DNA from: Macrostomum lignano
Lineage: Eukaryota
Direction: 5' to 3'
Length of the DNA stretch: 64,000 nt
Assembly (NCBI GenBank): GCA_002269645.1
Contig: NIVC01003031.1
Coordinates: 1-64,000, forward strand
The position numbers were made by a program, and so were the translations under genes. Within the stretch, counting starts at the first letter, position 1. Each line of letters starts with the position of its first letter. Below, piece after piece: positions 11,701 to 24,454 of the stretch. The notes beneath the pieces are model-generated. The model had not been told where the DNA came from, made no database searches, and saw only the letters and a list, made by a program, of their open reading frames with translations.

Positions 11701-14652
11701 CCTCACTGCCATCATCCCCAATCTGCCAGTGCCTCACTGCCAGTGCCTCACTGCCATCATCCCCAATCTGCCAGTGCCTCACTGCCAGTGCCTCACTGCC
11801 ATCATCCCCAATCTGCCAGTGCCTCACTGCCATCATCCCCAATCTGCCAGTGCCTCACTGCCATCAACCCCAATCTGCCAGTGCCTCACTGCCAGTGCCT
11901 CACTGCCATCATCCCCAATCTGCCAGTGCCTCACTGCCATCATCCCCAATCTGCCAGTGCCTCACTGCCATCATCCCAATCTGCCAGTGCCTCACTGCCA
12001 TCATCCCCAATCTGCCAGTGCCTCACTGCCATCATCCCCAATCTGCCAGTGCCTCACTGCCATCATCCCCAATCTGCCAGTGCCTCACTGCCAGTGCCTC
12101 ACTGCCATCATCCCCAATCTGCCAGTGCCTCACTGCCATCATCCCCAATCTGCCAGTGCCTCACTGCCATCATCCCCAATCTGCCAGTGCCTCACTGCCA
12201 TCATCCCCAATCTGCCAGTGCCTCACTGCCATCATCCCCAATCTGCCAGTGCCTCACTGCCATCATCCCCAATCTGCCAGTGCCTCACTGTTCATCCAGT
12301 CCGGCACCCGCAGCCTTCAGTTTTTCCCGTTCCCGCTGCCTCTCGGCCGCTTCCTGGCGTTCGACCTCCCGCTGTCTGGCCCAGTCCGCCTGCGCTTGAC
12401 GCGTGCGCTCGTAAATAAACGGGTAGTTCTGTGCGCGTGATGATGGGTGGCTGAGTTTTAGTTGATAAGAAAGATAGGAATTATTGTAAGAAACTGATAA
12501 AAAATAAAAAACGGGTGTACTTTTAGAGTCGTCTTGAATTGTACTTTAACGTCTACCTTGATTTGTACTTTAGTGTCTGCCTTGATTTTACTTTAGTATC
12601 TGCCTTGATTTTACTCTAGTGTCTGCCTTGACTTGTACTTTAGTGTCTGCCTTGACTTGTACTTTAGTGTCTGCCTTGATTTTACTTTAGTATCTGCCTT
12701 GATTTTACTCTAGTGTCTGCCTTGACTTGTACTTTAGTGTCTGCCTTGACTTGTACTTTAGTGTCTGCCTTGATTTTACTTTAGTATCTGCCTTGATTTT
12801 ACTCTAGTGTCTGCCTTGACTTGTACTTTAGTGTCTGCCTTGATTTTACTTTAGTATCTGCCTTGATTTTACTCTAGTGTCTGCCTTGACTTGTACTTTA
12901 GTGTCTGCCTTGACTTGTACTTTAGTGTCTGCCTTGACTTGTACTTTAGTGTCTGCCTTGATTTTACTTTAGTATCTGCCTTGATTTTACTCTAGTGTCT
13001 GCCTTGACTTGTACTTTAGTGTCTGCCTTGATTTTACTTTAGTATCTGCCTTGATTTTACTCTAGTGTCTGCCTTGACTTGTACTTTTGTGTCTGCCTTG
13101 ACTTGTTCTTTAGTGTCTGCCTCGACTTGTACTTTAGTTTCTGCCTTGATTTGTACCCTAGTGTGTACCTTGATTTTTACTTTATTGTCTACATTTTTTG
13201 TACTTTAGTGCCAGTTATAGTTGTACATTTAGCGGCTACTGCACTAAGATTTGCACTTTAATGTCGACCTTAAATTTGCTTTTTGCGTCTATTTGACTTA
13301 CAAAGCGTCCACTAAAACCTTAGCATTAGAATTATACTTGTACTTTAGCAATGAACTAGATTTTTTAACGTCATTTAGAATTGTACTACTTAGGTTCCAA
13401 TCAAATTCGTACTTCAATAAAGAGTCACCTGTTCAGCTTTGATTCGCTCGGACCGGCTGATCTCTTCTCCATCAAGGTACTGAAAGAGGAAAGAGAAGAC
13501 TTCTTAATTTCGAAGGGAGCATCAAATTCTCAGAAGAGATCAGATGGTCAAACCTTGAGCTGCGGCAACGTGCAGATAACAAAATCTCTGTAGGATTCGA
13601 ACTGGGCGCAAGGATTCCAGTGAGGTAGAGCTCCCTAAGGTTCACCAGGCCTGTCAGGCTGGCCAAGGACAGAATATCTCCGATGAAGTTCACCGTCAGG
13701 TCGAGCTTCGCCAGAGACTCGCAGCCTTCGAGATTCTCCACTCGCTCAATGTTGTTTAGCGCCAAGTTCAAGTATTCGAGTTTCTTTAGCCGGCCAACAT
13801 TCTCTGCGTGCGGATACGGCGGGTTTGGGGTGTCAACATGTAAATAAGCTGGCCCAAGAACGCGCCAGAATTGGTTTGAGGGAGGTGGCGCCAGAACTGG
13901 TTTGAGGGAGGTGGCGCCAGAACTGGTTTGAGGGAGGTGGCGCCAGAACTGGTTTGAGGGAGGTGGCGCCAGAACTGGTTTGAGGGAGGTGGCGCCAGAA
14001 CTGGTTTGAGGGAGGTGGCGCCAGAACTGGTTTGAGGGAGGTGGCGCCAGAACTGGTTTGAGGGAGGTGGCGCCAGAACTGGTTTGAGGGAGGTGGCGCC
14101 AGAACTGGTTTGAGGGAGGTGGCGCCAGAACTGGTTTGAGGGAGGTGGCGCCAGAACTGGTTTGAGGGAGGTGGCGCCAGAACTGGTTTGAGGGAGGTGG
14201 CGCCAGAACTCCCTCTTTTTAATTGCACCCCACTTGAAGAAAATAGTGGCACCTCTGAATGTAAAATAAAAATCAGATTTTAATTAGGATCTTCAAACTC
14301 ACCAATTTTGCCAATCAGGTTGCTCTGCAAGTATAGAATTTTCAGATCTCTGCACCACTTGTCCAAGTGTTCGATTCTGTCAATAGAAAATATAATTAGG
14401 TTAAAAATTTGAAAATCTAATTGATAAATTAACAAGCAAATATTTGAGCTCACTTTTCAATATCTTGCTGATGCAGAGACAGCTCTTCCAAAGTGCTGAT
14501 CTGGCACTCATTGTGTTCAGCTCTTCGCCGAACTAGATCTTCTGTAACTGAAGTGATTGAGGGTAAGAGCACTGATATTGCAGCATTAAGATGGGTTTCT
14601 TCCACATTTTACAACAATATGCATTTCTTCAAATATACTTACTTTGTACCAT
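8725..14652 (-). CDS. DNAAF11: Dynein axonemal assembly factor 11 (LRRC6/tilB homologue); two apparent 1-bp deletions
   Basis: Ten GT-AG exons: 14643-14652 (ATG GTA CAA A), 14454-14547, 14303-14376, 13554-13803, 13429-13479, 12289-12428, 10747-10839, 10583-10678, 10438-10503, 8725-9183. Translation [62 protein letters not shown]...YTPESRIET...[21 protein letters not shown]...DDPDVPPLI* closely follows LRRC6. Frame must shift at about 13616 (restores TGNPC) and about 9091 (restores [13 protein letters not shown]). Confidence 0.93.
9215..10356. repeat. 25-bp minisatellite, DNAAF11 intron 9
   Basis: About 45 copies of GTAATTCCCCGACTGTCCGAATC(T/G)A. Confidence 0.95.
10860..12290. repeat. 31-bp minisatellite containing the 5' splice site, DNAAF11 intron 6
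   Basis: GCCAGTGCCTCACTGCCATCATCCCCAATCT with interspersed shorter sub-units; the minus strand contains CA|GTGAGGCA in each unit. Confidence 0.97.
12545..13195. repeat. 23-24-bp minisatellite with higher-order structure, DNAAF11 intron 5
   Basis: Variants GTGTCTGCCTTGACTTGTACTTTA, GTGTCTGCCTTGATTTTACTTTA and GTATCTGCCTTGATTTTACTCTA recur in fixed order. Confidence 0.92.
13866..14210. repeat. 26-bp minisatellite, DNAAF11 intron 3
   Basis: About 13 near-identical copies of GGCGCCAGAACTGGTTTGAGGGAGGT. Confidence 0.97.
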
Positions 14653-16258
14653 GTGAAACAGTTTATTAAGCACACTGAAATATAGAATATATGTAGGGTT
14701 AATTAGTATGTTAAATTTTTTAGTTTAGTCAAAAACCTAAAAATTTAAAATATATGATATATTCCCTTCGATCAGCTTTACAATAAAAATATACATCTAT
14801 TCTCTATTTTTAAAAATATAAAAGTGATGAAGGCCCTGTCAAATTTGATTTTAATTAGAAGCCTTTAATATAAAACACTGGCTGATTTGTTAGTAGTGAC
14901 TATCTATCACTTAGATATTTAAAATATTAGAAGTTAGAAGAACTAGTAATATTAATATTATTATAATACATAAATATAAAATGCAATAAAAATAAAGTAT
15001 ACACTTAATATATAAAATTAAGAGCTATGAGATGATGCAGTTGTTGGACTTAAAAATTGAATTAAAAAATTTATATCCGATCCGACCAACTTAATTGTCT
15101 TTGCCTCGCCTAGCCAGTAGTCTCGTGACTCTAGTCGATTTGAAAGGAATGTAATGACTCATGACTCTATGACATTCATCGCGGCAATTACCAAAAGAGA
15201 CTCAAATATTTTTATTTATTCTATACTGAAAATATTCTTATGTTTTAAAAAGTGTAAAATCACATAAAAATAAAATAAATACTCTCTAAAGTAAGGTTAA
15301 CCTTGAAAAAAAACTATGTCGCCGCAGTCAACTTAAACTCCCGCCCAGTTGTGGATTTAATGACTTTTTTGTTTTGCACAATCATTTGTATTAATTCTTA
15401 GATTGCTCAGACCTTTTGTAAATAATTAGGTCACATTTATAGTTCTATAATTTTTTACTTTTTTTAAAAAACAATACGTTAATTTTATTTTATTTCTATA
15501 AAATGCACACTTTTGAATTCAGCTTGACAAACGGATCGGCACAGTTCACTTGGACTACTCAAGAAGAAGGACGGGAAGCTTGGAAACTTTAGAAATTTCC
15601 AAATGGTTTTCTTCGAAAAAAATACACTAAGTAAATATGAAGTTTGTATTTTTCAGCACAAAAATATCATTGCTTTCGATAGGAGGCAGACCAGATGTCT
15701 TTGGGATGCTGTGCTTTTCTCATAGTAGCTCCATTACATGATAGTCATGAAGCTATTCGTTTAGAAAGTTAGGATTCTATGTTAATTTTTTATTCTACGC
15801 ACATCCCCTGTACCTAGAGATCATAGAACCTGACTCTTTTGATCTTCTACGACTAAATCCTTGCCCAAGTCTTGGGCTGAAAATCTTAACTTTTAAACGC
15901 ATGCACGTTTTCGTTAAAACAAACATTTCTTAACGCACTACATGTAAAGCTATGAAATAATTTTTCAAGACACATCCACATAAAGGGCAGGCAGTTTATG
16001 ATTCCATGAAGCAGCACTGAACTGCTGCAGCTCCAATACACACCAGATCCAGTTGTGCAAATATGCGGCGGAACAACGCTGTGCTGCCAACTGTCGCGTG
16101 TCTATTTCGATTCCAAAATTGCTATGCCTGCGCGTCACCCCTCACACGTTTCATGCATCTTGGCTTTCCCAGATAACACATCCCAAACTCAGCTGCTGCC
16201 GCTGCGTCAGGGCCCCAACCTTCGGTTTGTACTTTTGCCTTAGCTGCCTCTATGCTGG

Positions 16259-17151
<893 letters not shown>

Positions 17152-18096
17152 CAAGCAACTGTTCCTCTACAATTAACTTTATTTCCAGCAGTGCAGCTAG
17201 TGCACCCCCAGCAACTGTCTAAAGCTAGGGAGTTTCCGGTGCACGGATACCCTAAAAGCAGAAGATATCAATTTTTCCAGACCAAGAAGTCTGCTTTCAC
17301 GGGCAGAAGCTGCTGTTGAATTGCTTCTAGTTTAATATACGATGCCAAACGAGTGCAAGAAAAGCAGTTCCTTAATAACAGCCAGCGCTACCCCAATCCG
17401 GGACCAAGTAGTCAAGTAGTACTTCGCGCAGATGGCGCGGGTGTGGGGCTGGTTTCCACAGCCCCGCGCACGCAGCACGAATGATGGGCAATGCAGCGCC
17501 TGAAGCTTTGCAAGTTTTTCTTCAGGCAACTGTCTGAATTTTTCATTCGACTAAATCAACCGCCAGAACGTTGGCAATAGTGCTGCTCTGTAATAATGTA
17601 CTTCGTTATGGCTATTGGTAATTTGGAACTTTATCTATGGCTACAGCATTGGTTGCCAAGGAAGCACAGAACTGCTAAACTTACACTGGCTTCACCATTA
17701 ACTGTTCAAACACTACACATTTTTGCGTTCTATTTCGATAAAACTGCGTTCATGGTGAAGATGAAAATGAATGCAGTTTTATCGAATTAGAACGCAAAAA
17801 GACGTAAAACATTGGCTGGCAACGCTCAATGTGGTGCCCAATACGCATGGCTTCGACTGAATACAAGCTATATTTGTGCCTCAACTGAGAGGAAGCGAAT
17901 GACTGAGAGCGCCACCATTGGCTGCTAGCTGTGCCACCCAACCCGAACTAGATTGAACTCTAATATACATATGAACGGCCTCCTCTAAGCTTTTCGAGCG
18001 GTAAATCTCTACTGTTAAAACTCGCTCGCACGGCGCCATGCAGTAGTCTGGACAATATGCTGTGGACTCCCAGCAGTCTGGCCAGAGACTTGCAAA

Positions 18097-21000
18097 ATGA
18101 CGTCAGACTTGCAGCGCAGTCGTCGAGCGATGCTTCGCGGCTACGTACACAACTTCACCAGCGGTACAACGGCACACGGATTCAGCAGGATCAACTCCGG
18201 CCAGAACTGGGTGCGCATGGTCTGGATCGGCATTGTGTCGTGCGCCCTGCTTGGTGCCATCATTCACGCGACAAAACAGGTGACGACCTACCTGCAGTAT
18301 CCAGTGAGCAGCACCAACCGGCAGGAGCCGAACTCGTTCGAGTTTCCAGACCTGACCTTCTGCGACCCGCTCAATAAGCGATTCTTTCACAACAGCAGCG
18401 CAGAACTGGCAAAACAAGCCGACAGAGTGGACGAACGGGTGATCACCTATAGCCTGGTGTACAGCCACTTCGGCACCGAGAACGACTGGCGGAAGGAACG
18501 CAAAGCAATCGAAATGATCTATACCACCTGGGAGCACCTGCTCAACATCACCAACGTAAACATCCGGCCGATGGACATGGTGCTCTACTGCACATTCGAC
18601 GGCGAGCCCTGCAGTCATCACAACTTCCGGGTGTTCTACCACCGACTGTACACCAACTGCTTCACATTCAAGCCGCCGGCAAGGCACCTCCGCAGCAGCG
18701 GCATGGACCGGGGCCTCTTCCTGCTGCTCTACGTGCCCTCGGCTGACCCCAGCTTCAAGCTGGACAGCCTGGCCAGGCTTGCTTCCGGACTAGAAAATAA
18801 CGGCATCCGGTTCCAGATTCACCAGCGGGACACCATCCCGCACCCGTTAGAGTACGGAATCATGGCGCCCACCGGTACGCTGACCGCTGTCGGCCTCGAG
18901 CAGGTGAAAACCTCTCTGGCCAACACGCCCACGCATCCGTGCGTGCCGGACGTGCAGCTGGAGCTATTCGACAATCAGTTCAACTTCACTCGAAGCTACG
19001 AGCGTCAACTGTTCGACTGCATCAAAGCCGAGTACCATCAGGAAGTTTACAAGCTCTGCACCTGTCTGCTCGAGAGTCACGTGATCCTGAAACCTGGCTT
19101 CAACAGCACCACCGAGAGCTTTTGCCACGACTTGATCGGGGTGACGACTCCAGGCCGAGTTGCCGCTGTGAAGCGACTCTACAGGAAGGCTCTGGACAGC
19201 CTGGAGGGGCCACCCCAAGGCCTGGGCGATTACATCAAGATCGGCTTACTAATGCGACAGATGGACCCCAGCCTGGACGTGCCCCTAACCAGGATGATGT
19301 GCGCCGACAATGTGTCCGAGAATGCAGTGAAGCCGGAGAGCTGCTACGACTCCTGCAACTACAATAAGTACTCGTACAGCCTGTCCCAGTGCCCTTGGCC
19401 TGAAGACTCATTCAAGGTGCGCAACGCTCAGATTCAGATGATAAAAATTGCTCAGATGCTTGACGAGTACGAGCGACAGCACGGCGACGAGATGCCGGTG
19501 TCGGCTTTGGCACGGTCGATGCAGCACCACAAGCTGAACACCAACAGCTGCCAGACTTACGACACGCAGGACATGACGGTGCCGGAGCCAAAAGAGTGCC
19601 ACCGGGTGCAGCTGTTCGTGCGCAGATCCATAGTGCAGCTGCGGGTCTACCCGGAGACGCTCACCGTGCGGCACATCATTGAGGAGAGGAGCTACGAGCT
19701 GGTCAATCTCTGCTCGGACATGGGTGGTGCGTTTCTTTTTCTACAGAATAGGCTTTTATGGTGCTAACTGTGTTGTATTGTGTGGCTGTTTGGTGAGGTG
19801 GCTGTTTGGTGAGGTGGCTGTTTGGTGATGTGGCTGTTTGGTGATGTGGCTGTTTGGTGATGTGGCTGTTTGGTGATGTGGCTGTTTGGTGATGTGGCTG
19901 TTTGGTGTTGTGGCCTACTAAACATTATAACAACTGTTGCGGCACACTAACAATTAGAATTAGCCGTCGCATTCCTGCACGTGTGCCTTAAGCGTCAGGT
20001 GATTTTCGAATTATCTCAATCCAGCAGGGAGCTTTCAAAAAACAAGATTCTTCCAGCTCAGTAGAGTCTACCACTCTGCACTTCTGTTGTTCGGTAGGGG
20101 TATTACGCACTGAAGCACCACATGGCATGGGCAGTGTCAATTCGGGTTACAGTTAAAGAAAACCCCAGAACAGACGGTTATTGATTTGAACCCTGAACTG
20201 CTGTGGTACTGCAGGCAGGGGCAGGTCAAAGACTTCTCAAGTAGGAAAGGCACTTCAAAAATTTCATAGAACTGTTTTCGTAAAAGAAGGCTTTTCTACG
20301 TAAATCTTGTACACCCTGTGCGAGGGTGCGTCGGAGTACGTATACCCTGGTACGTTTACAGTAAGGGATCAGTGTTGGAAAATTTGGATCAGACAAGATA
20401 TATTCTTGTCTGCTTCTATCAGATAACCAGCTTAGGACCAAGGACCACCTTCTTAGTCCTTTCACGCGCAGCGTGCATGATTCAAGGTCAAATGTATAAA
20501 AATAACTTGACGGTGTGAAGTGGGATTACCTGGATCTTCCTGCTTTTATGACCCCCATGCCGTGTGGCCGACATAAGATGACGCGCAGACCTTTAGTCAT
20601 TAGCTAGCAGACGTGACGTCGGACTTAGGACCTATAAAGCCTAGCAAAACTGAGCAGCAGCCAACTAATGGCTTAATTAATAATTCCATGCTTTCCATAA
20701 TTCCAGTGATGACCGAGATTCTAAATCTATTTTTCTCTCGCATCGACAAGAGACGAAGATCTGTCCACCGAGAATTCCAAAGTATTCTTATAAAACCGGC
20801 TAATGGAATAATTAATAGCGCAGTATGAGGTTTGTTATGACAGCCTATCATAGGATAGTTATTCATAGAGTTAACAGAAAAATGGAGTCCCGGAGTCTGG
20901 AAATAGATTCCATGGACAACTGAAGTAGAAGGACGCTATACCATGGATGAATAATGTAACTGGATCGCCAAAAGCTCGATTTGTTTGGTCCTAGCCATAG

Positions 21001-22924
21001 ACAGGCACCAGCATCACAAGAAGCGCATGACGCCGTACTTTCACACATAGACAAATAGCAGTTGCAGAAGCTGCAAACCTTGACAAACAAACAATAAAAG
21101 GCGAAAACAAACAGCCAAATGAGTTGCAAGCAAACTTGACAAATGAGAGTCAAGTGAAGACAATAAATTCATGGCGTCATGAGCTTCTTGTGATGCTGGT
21201 GCCTGTCTATGGCTAGGACCAAACAAATTGAGCTTTTGGCGATCCAGATATATTATTCATCCATGCGCTATACACGGTTTTCTTTGAGAACTCATAGCGC
21301 TGAACGGGGTTTTGCTATAGACAGATTGTTGGGATTCCTTTCAAGGTCATGCTGCAGCTCGGGAGCGACTTTTAAGGTCTCATGAATTAGATACTTTCAG
21401 AGTCACGTGACTTGGTGTTTTTACCTTCAAGGTCAAGTGACTTCGGGGTTTTCAAGGTCATATGAAGGTCAAGGTCAGGTTTCTGAGTTCTGGGTGTTAA
21501 CAAAGGAAGACTATCTTGCATGGTTAAAGTTGCCTCACAGATAATCGTAGCTAACGGGGTCACACGAAATCGTTGGAAGCGGTTGAAAGCGGCGCGAACT
21601 GAAGGACTTCAAAATCTAGACTAAAGCTTCTGAGCCTACTGCGCTGCACTGGCAGACACAGTCAGTCATAAATCACCATAGCCGAAGCCAATAAGCTGGA
21701 CTATTGTTATTAATAAGCTTAATAAGCTATACGGTACGAACCGAACGGGGCATCCGTCAAGCGTCTTCCTGAACAGTGGAGCCTATAAGGACTGGTCGGA
21801 GACGCTAACCAAACCAATGTGATATAATTTATCGCGGAGTGATATTGAAATTCCGAACCATTGCGTATATACCAGTAGCCTATTAAGCGAAGTCTCTTCC
21901 TAGTCGCTAAACTATGAATAAAACAAACTAATAAAGCAGTCCATAGGCTAAACTGGTCTCAATCCTGCAGTTAAACGATTAGTCAGATCGAGAGACTTGT
22001 TGAGTATAGTTCCTGTTCCCAACCCTCCCAGCGCAAATGGTTCCACTGGCCACCGCATATCTGTCGCGTTGAAGTGTGCGAGAACGTAAGCTTCTAATTG
22101 GTAAAAAATTTACTATTGCAATGCTTATGCACCCCCTTCTACCCTGACCTGGTGCTGCCTCGATTTTAAGAGTCACTGCAGCCCGCAAGAGCTCAAGGGC
22201 TGCGGACTAACCCTGAGTGATTGAAATCTTGGCGACCCCACTCTCCCCACGAACCCGATTGGTGAAGCGACTTAGAATTTAAAACACGATAAAACATGAA
22301 TTTTTAAAAAGCAACTGTACCTATTAAAAGGCAAAGTCTTTCTGTTTTTTAACAGAAGCACTCAATTGCGACCTTTAACTGGGATGCTGCTTTTTTGTGC
22401 TTTGCGTTGCATCGAATCGAACCAGGGGTCGTGGCGCCAGAGTGGCGCGAACTGCTCTGCCCTATATTCTAGGGGCCTAGGTTGGCATAAGTGATTCCTC
22501 AGTTTCTCTCTATTAATCCCACTGGGGCTGAAAGAACGTGTAGGGAATGTTGATGCATACAAATGGACAACACTCCCAAACCAATGACCCCACTTGACTC
22601 TCCCCATCCGCAGGCGTCCTCGGCCTGTGGATCGGGTTCAGCATAGTGACCCTGTTCGAATTCGCCGAGCTGCTGATGGTGTGCGCGTCATACTACTGGT
22701 ACGAGCTGATCGGCAGCTTCACCAGGTCGAAGCGCAACCCCATGCGAATCCCCAAACTGCTGGCCGGCTCGTCCGGCCGGCCGGACCTGAGAGACGTTGA
22801 ACTGTTCATGAACGCTTCGATGTGCACCTCGCCGTCTGTTCTCAGCGCTCAGTCCAGGAGTACCGCAATGCTGGGCAGGAGCGGCAGCCGGCAAGATGGC
22901 CAACTGCTGCAGACTGCCAGCTGA
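18097..22924 (+). CDS. DEG/ENaC-superfamily amiloride-sensitive cation channel subunit (about 646 aa)
   Basis: Exon 1 18097-19726 (donor G|GTGCGT) and exon 2 22614-22924 (acceptor CCGCAG) join in frame. Features: N-terminal HG motif (TTAHGFSRI), TM1 (VWIGIVSCALLGAIIH), FPDLTFC, Cys-rich extracellular domain, pre-TM2/TM2 SYELVNLCSDMGGVLGLWIGFSIVTLFE. Confidence 0.95.
19781..19912. repeat. 16-bp minisatellite at the start of the DEG/ENaC intron
   Basis: About 8 copies of GTGGCTGTTTGGTGA(T/G). Confidence 0.9.
20942..21265. mobile_element. 324-bp MITE with 93-bp terminal inverted repeats and 8-bp TSD; P-element-like termini
   Basis: 20942-21034 is the reverse complement of 21173-21265 with 4 mismatches. 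CGCTATAC flanks both sides (20934-20941 and 21266-21273). Termini begin CATGGATGAATAA. Confidence 0.9.
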
Positions 22925-23027
22925 TTCGAATTTTTGCCTTGCGAAAATTTTTCATTGTCTGATGCGATATTGTGCAGCTGAGGGACTGGGAGGGACTTTA
23001 ACTTCTAATATCCGACTGAAACCTAGA

Positions 23028-24003
23028 ACTGGTAGCTTGTTACCCTGTTGCTTGTTACCTGGTAGCTTGTTACCTGGTAGCTTGTTACCTGGTAGCTTGT
23101 TACCTGGTAGCTTGTTACCTGGTAGCTTGTTACCTGGTAGCTTGTTACCTGGTAGCTTGTTACCTGGTAGCTTGTTACCTGGTAGCTTGTTACCTGGTAG
23201 CTTGTTACCTGGTAGCTTGTTACCTGGTAGCTTGTTACCTGGTAGCTTGTTACCTGGTAGCTTGTTACCTGGTAGCTTGTTACCTGGTAGCTTGTTACCT
23301 GGTAGCTTGTTACCTGGTAGCTTGTTACCTGGTAGCTTGTTACCTGGTAGCTTGTTACCTGGTAGCTTGTTACCTGGTAGCTTGTTACCTGGTAGCTTGT
23401 TACCTGGTAGCTTGTTACCTGGTAGCTTGTTACCTGGTAGCTTGTTACCTGGTAGCTTGTTACCTGGTAGCTTGTTACCTGGTAGCTTGTTACCTGGTAG
23501 CTTGTTACCTGGTAGCTTGTTACCTGGTAGCTTGTTACCTGGTAGCTTGTTACCTGGTAGCTTGTTACCTGGTAGCTTGTTACCTGGTAGCTTGTTACCT
23601 GGTAGCTTGTTACCTGGTAGCTTGTTACCTGGTAGCTTGTTACCTGGTAGCTTGTTACCTGGTAGCTTGTTACCTGGTAGCTTGTTACCTGGTAGCTTGT
23701 TACCTGGTAGCTTGTTACCTGGTAGCTTGTTACCTGGTAGCTTGTTACCTGGTAGCTTGTTACCTGGTAGCTTGTTACCTGGTAGCTTGTTACCTGGTAG
23801 CTTGTTACCTGGTAGCTTGTTACCTGGTAGCTTGTTACATGGTAGCTTGTTACCTGGTAGCTTGTTACCTGGTAGCTTGTTACCTGGTAGCTTGTTACCT
23901 GGTAGCTTGTTACCTGGTAGCTTGTTACCTGGTAGCTTGTTACCTGGTAGCTTGTTACCTGGTAGCTTGTTACCTGGTAGCTTGTTACCTGGTAGCTTGT
24001 TAC
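23028..24003. repeat. 15-bp minisatellite downstream of the DEG/ENaC stop
   Basis: About 65 nearly identical copies of GGTAGCTTGTTACCT. Confidence 0.99.
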
Positions 24004-24454
24004 CACATGGGAGCATGCAACCTAGGATCTTGTCCTGGTTGCCATTGATGGTACTTTGTTCCTAGAAACGGTAGAAACAGATCTCGGACGCACTCTACTT
24101 ACTCCACAAACTATCAAAGACAATCAATAATTAGCCAAATTTTGAAGTTTTACTGTACTAAGCTGATTGTGCCGTTCTTGTACTATGAGTTTTAGACGAA
24201 CTCCTTCGGGTATTGGTAAAGAGATTAAAATTTGCTGAATGACTCTAATCACTCTCCTCAACACTTCCTACTGTCTTCGCGGCTGATGAAATTGACCTTT
24301 TTATCTTTCATTTAGCTTTGACTTGGTAAAAATGTCATGGCGTCTGTCACGGCGCTGCAATCAATAAAAAATAAAACAAATGCAACTAAACTCTTGTTGC
24401 TTCCGTTGCAAAAATTTGCGATTGTCGATTGAAAGTCAAGAAAAAATGTAAGCC

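Noticed and set aside
10788-12440. 500+ aa ORFs in all three plus frames (and similar long ORFs at 16053, 22896, 27407, 37054, 38181, 43497, 46417, 51702)
   Set aside because: They are translations of stop-free tandem repeats, with amino-acid period set by the nucleotide unit length; most lie in introns or intergenic DNA.
17441-17471. GC-rich hairpin GTGTGGGGCTG-GTTTCCA-CAGCCCCGCGCAC
   Set aside because: No U-tract, no adjacent CTAG and no recognisable ncRNA context; an isolated short stem can occur by chance.
18103-19674. Antisense and alternate-frame ORFs overlapping the DEG/ENaC exon (also within KCNQ1, MEK and ABHD-like exons)
   Set aside because: Expected by-products of GC-rich codon usage; no recognisable protein motifs.
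20040-20230. Possible minus-strand SINE remnant (B-box-like GGTTCAAATC)
   Set aside because: No convincing A-box or body similarity to the 56.2-kb SINE.
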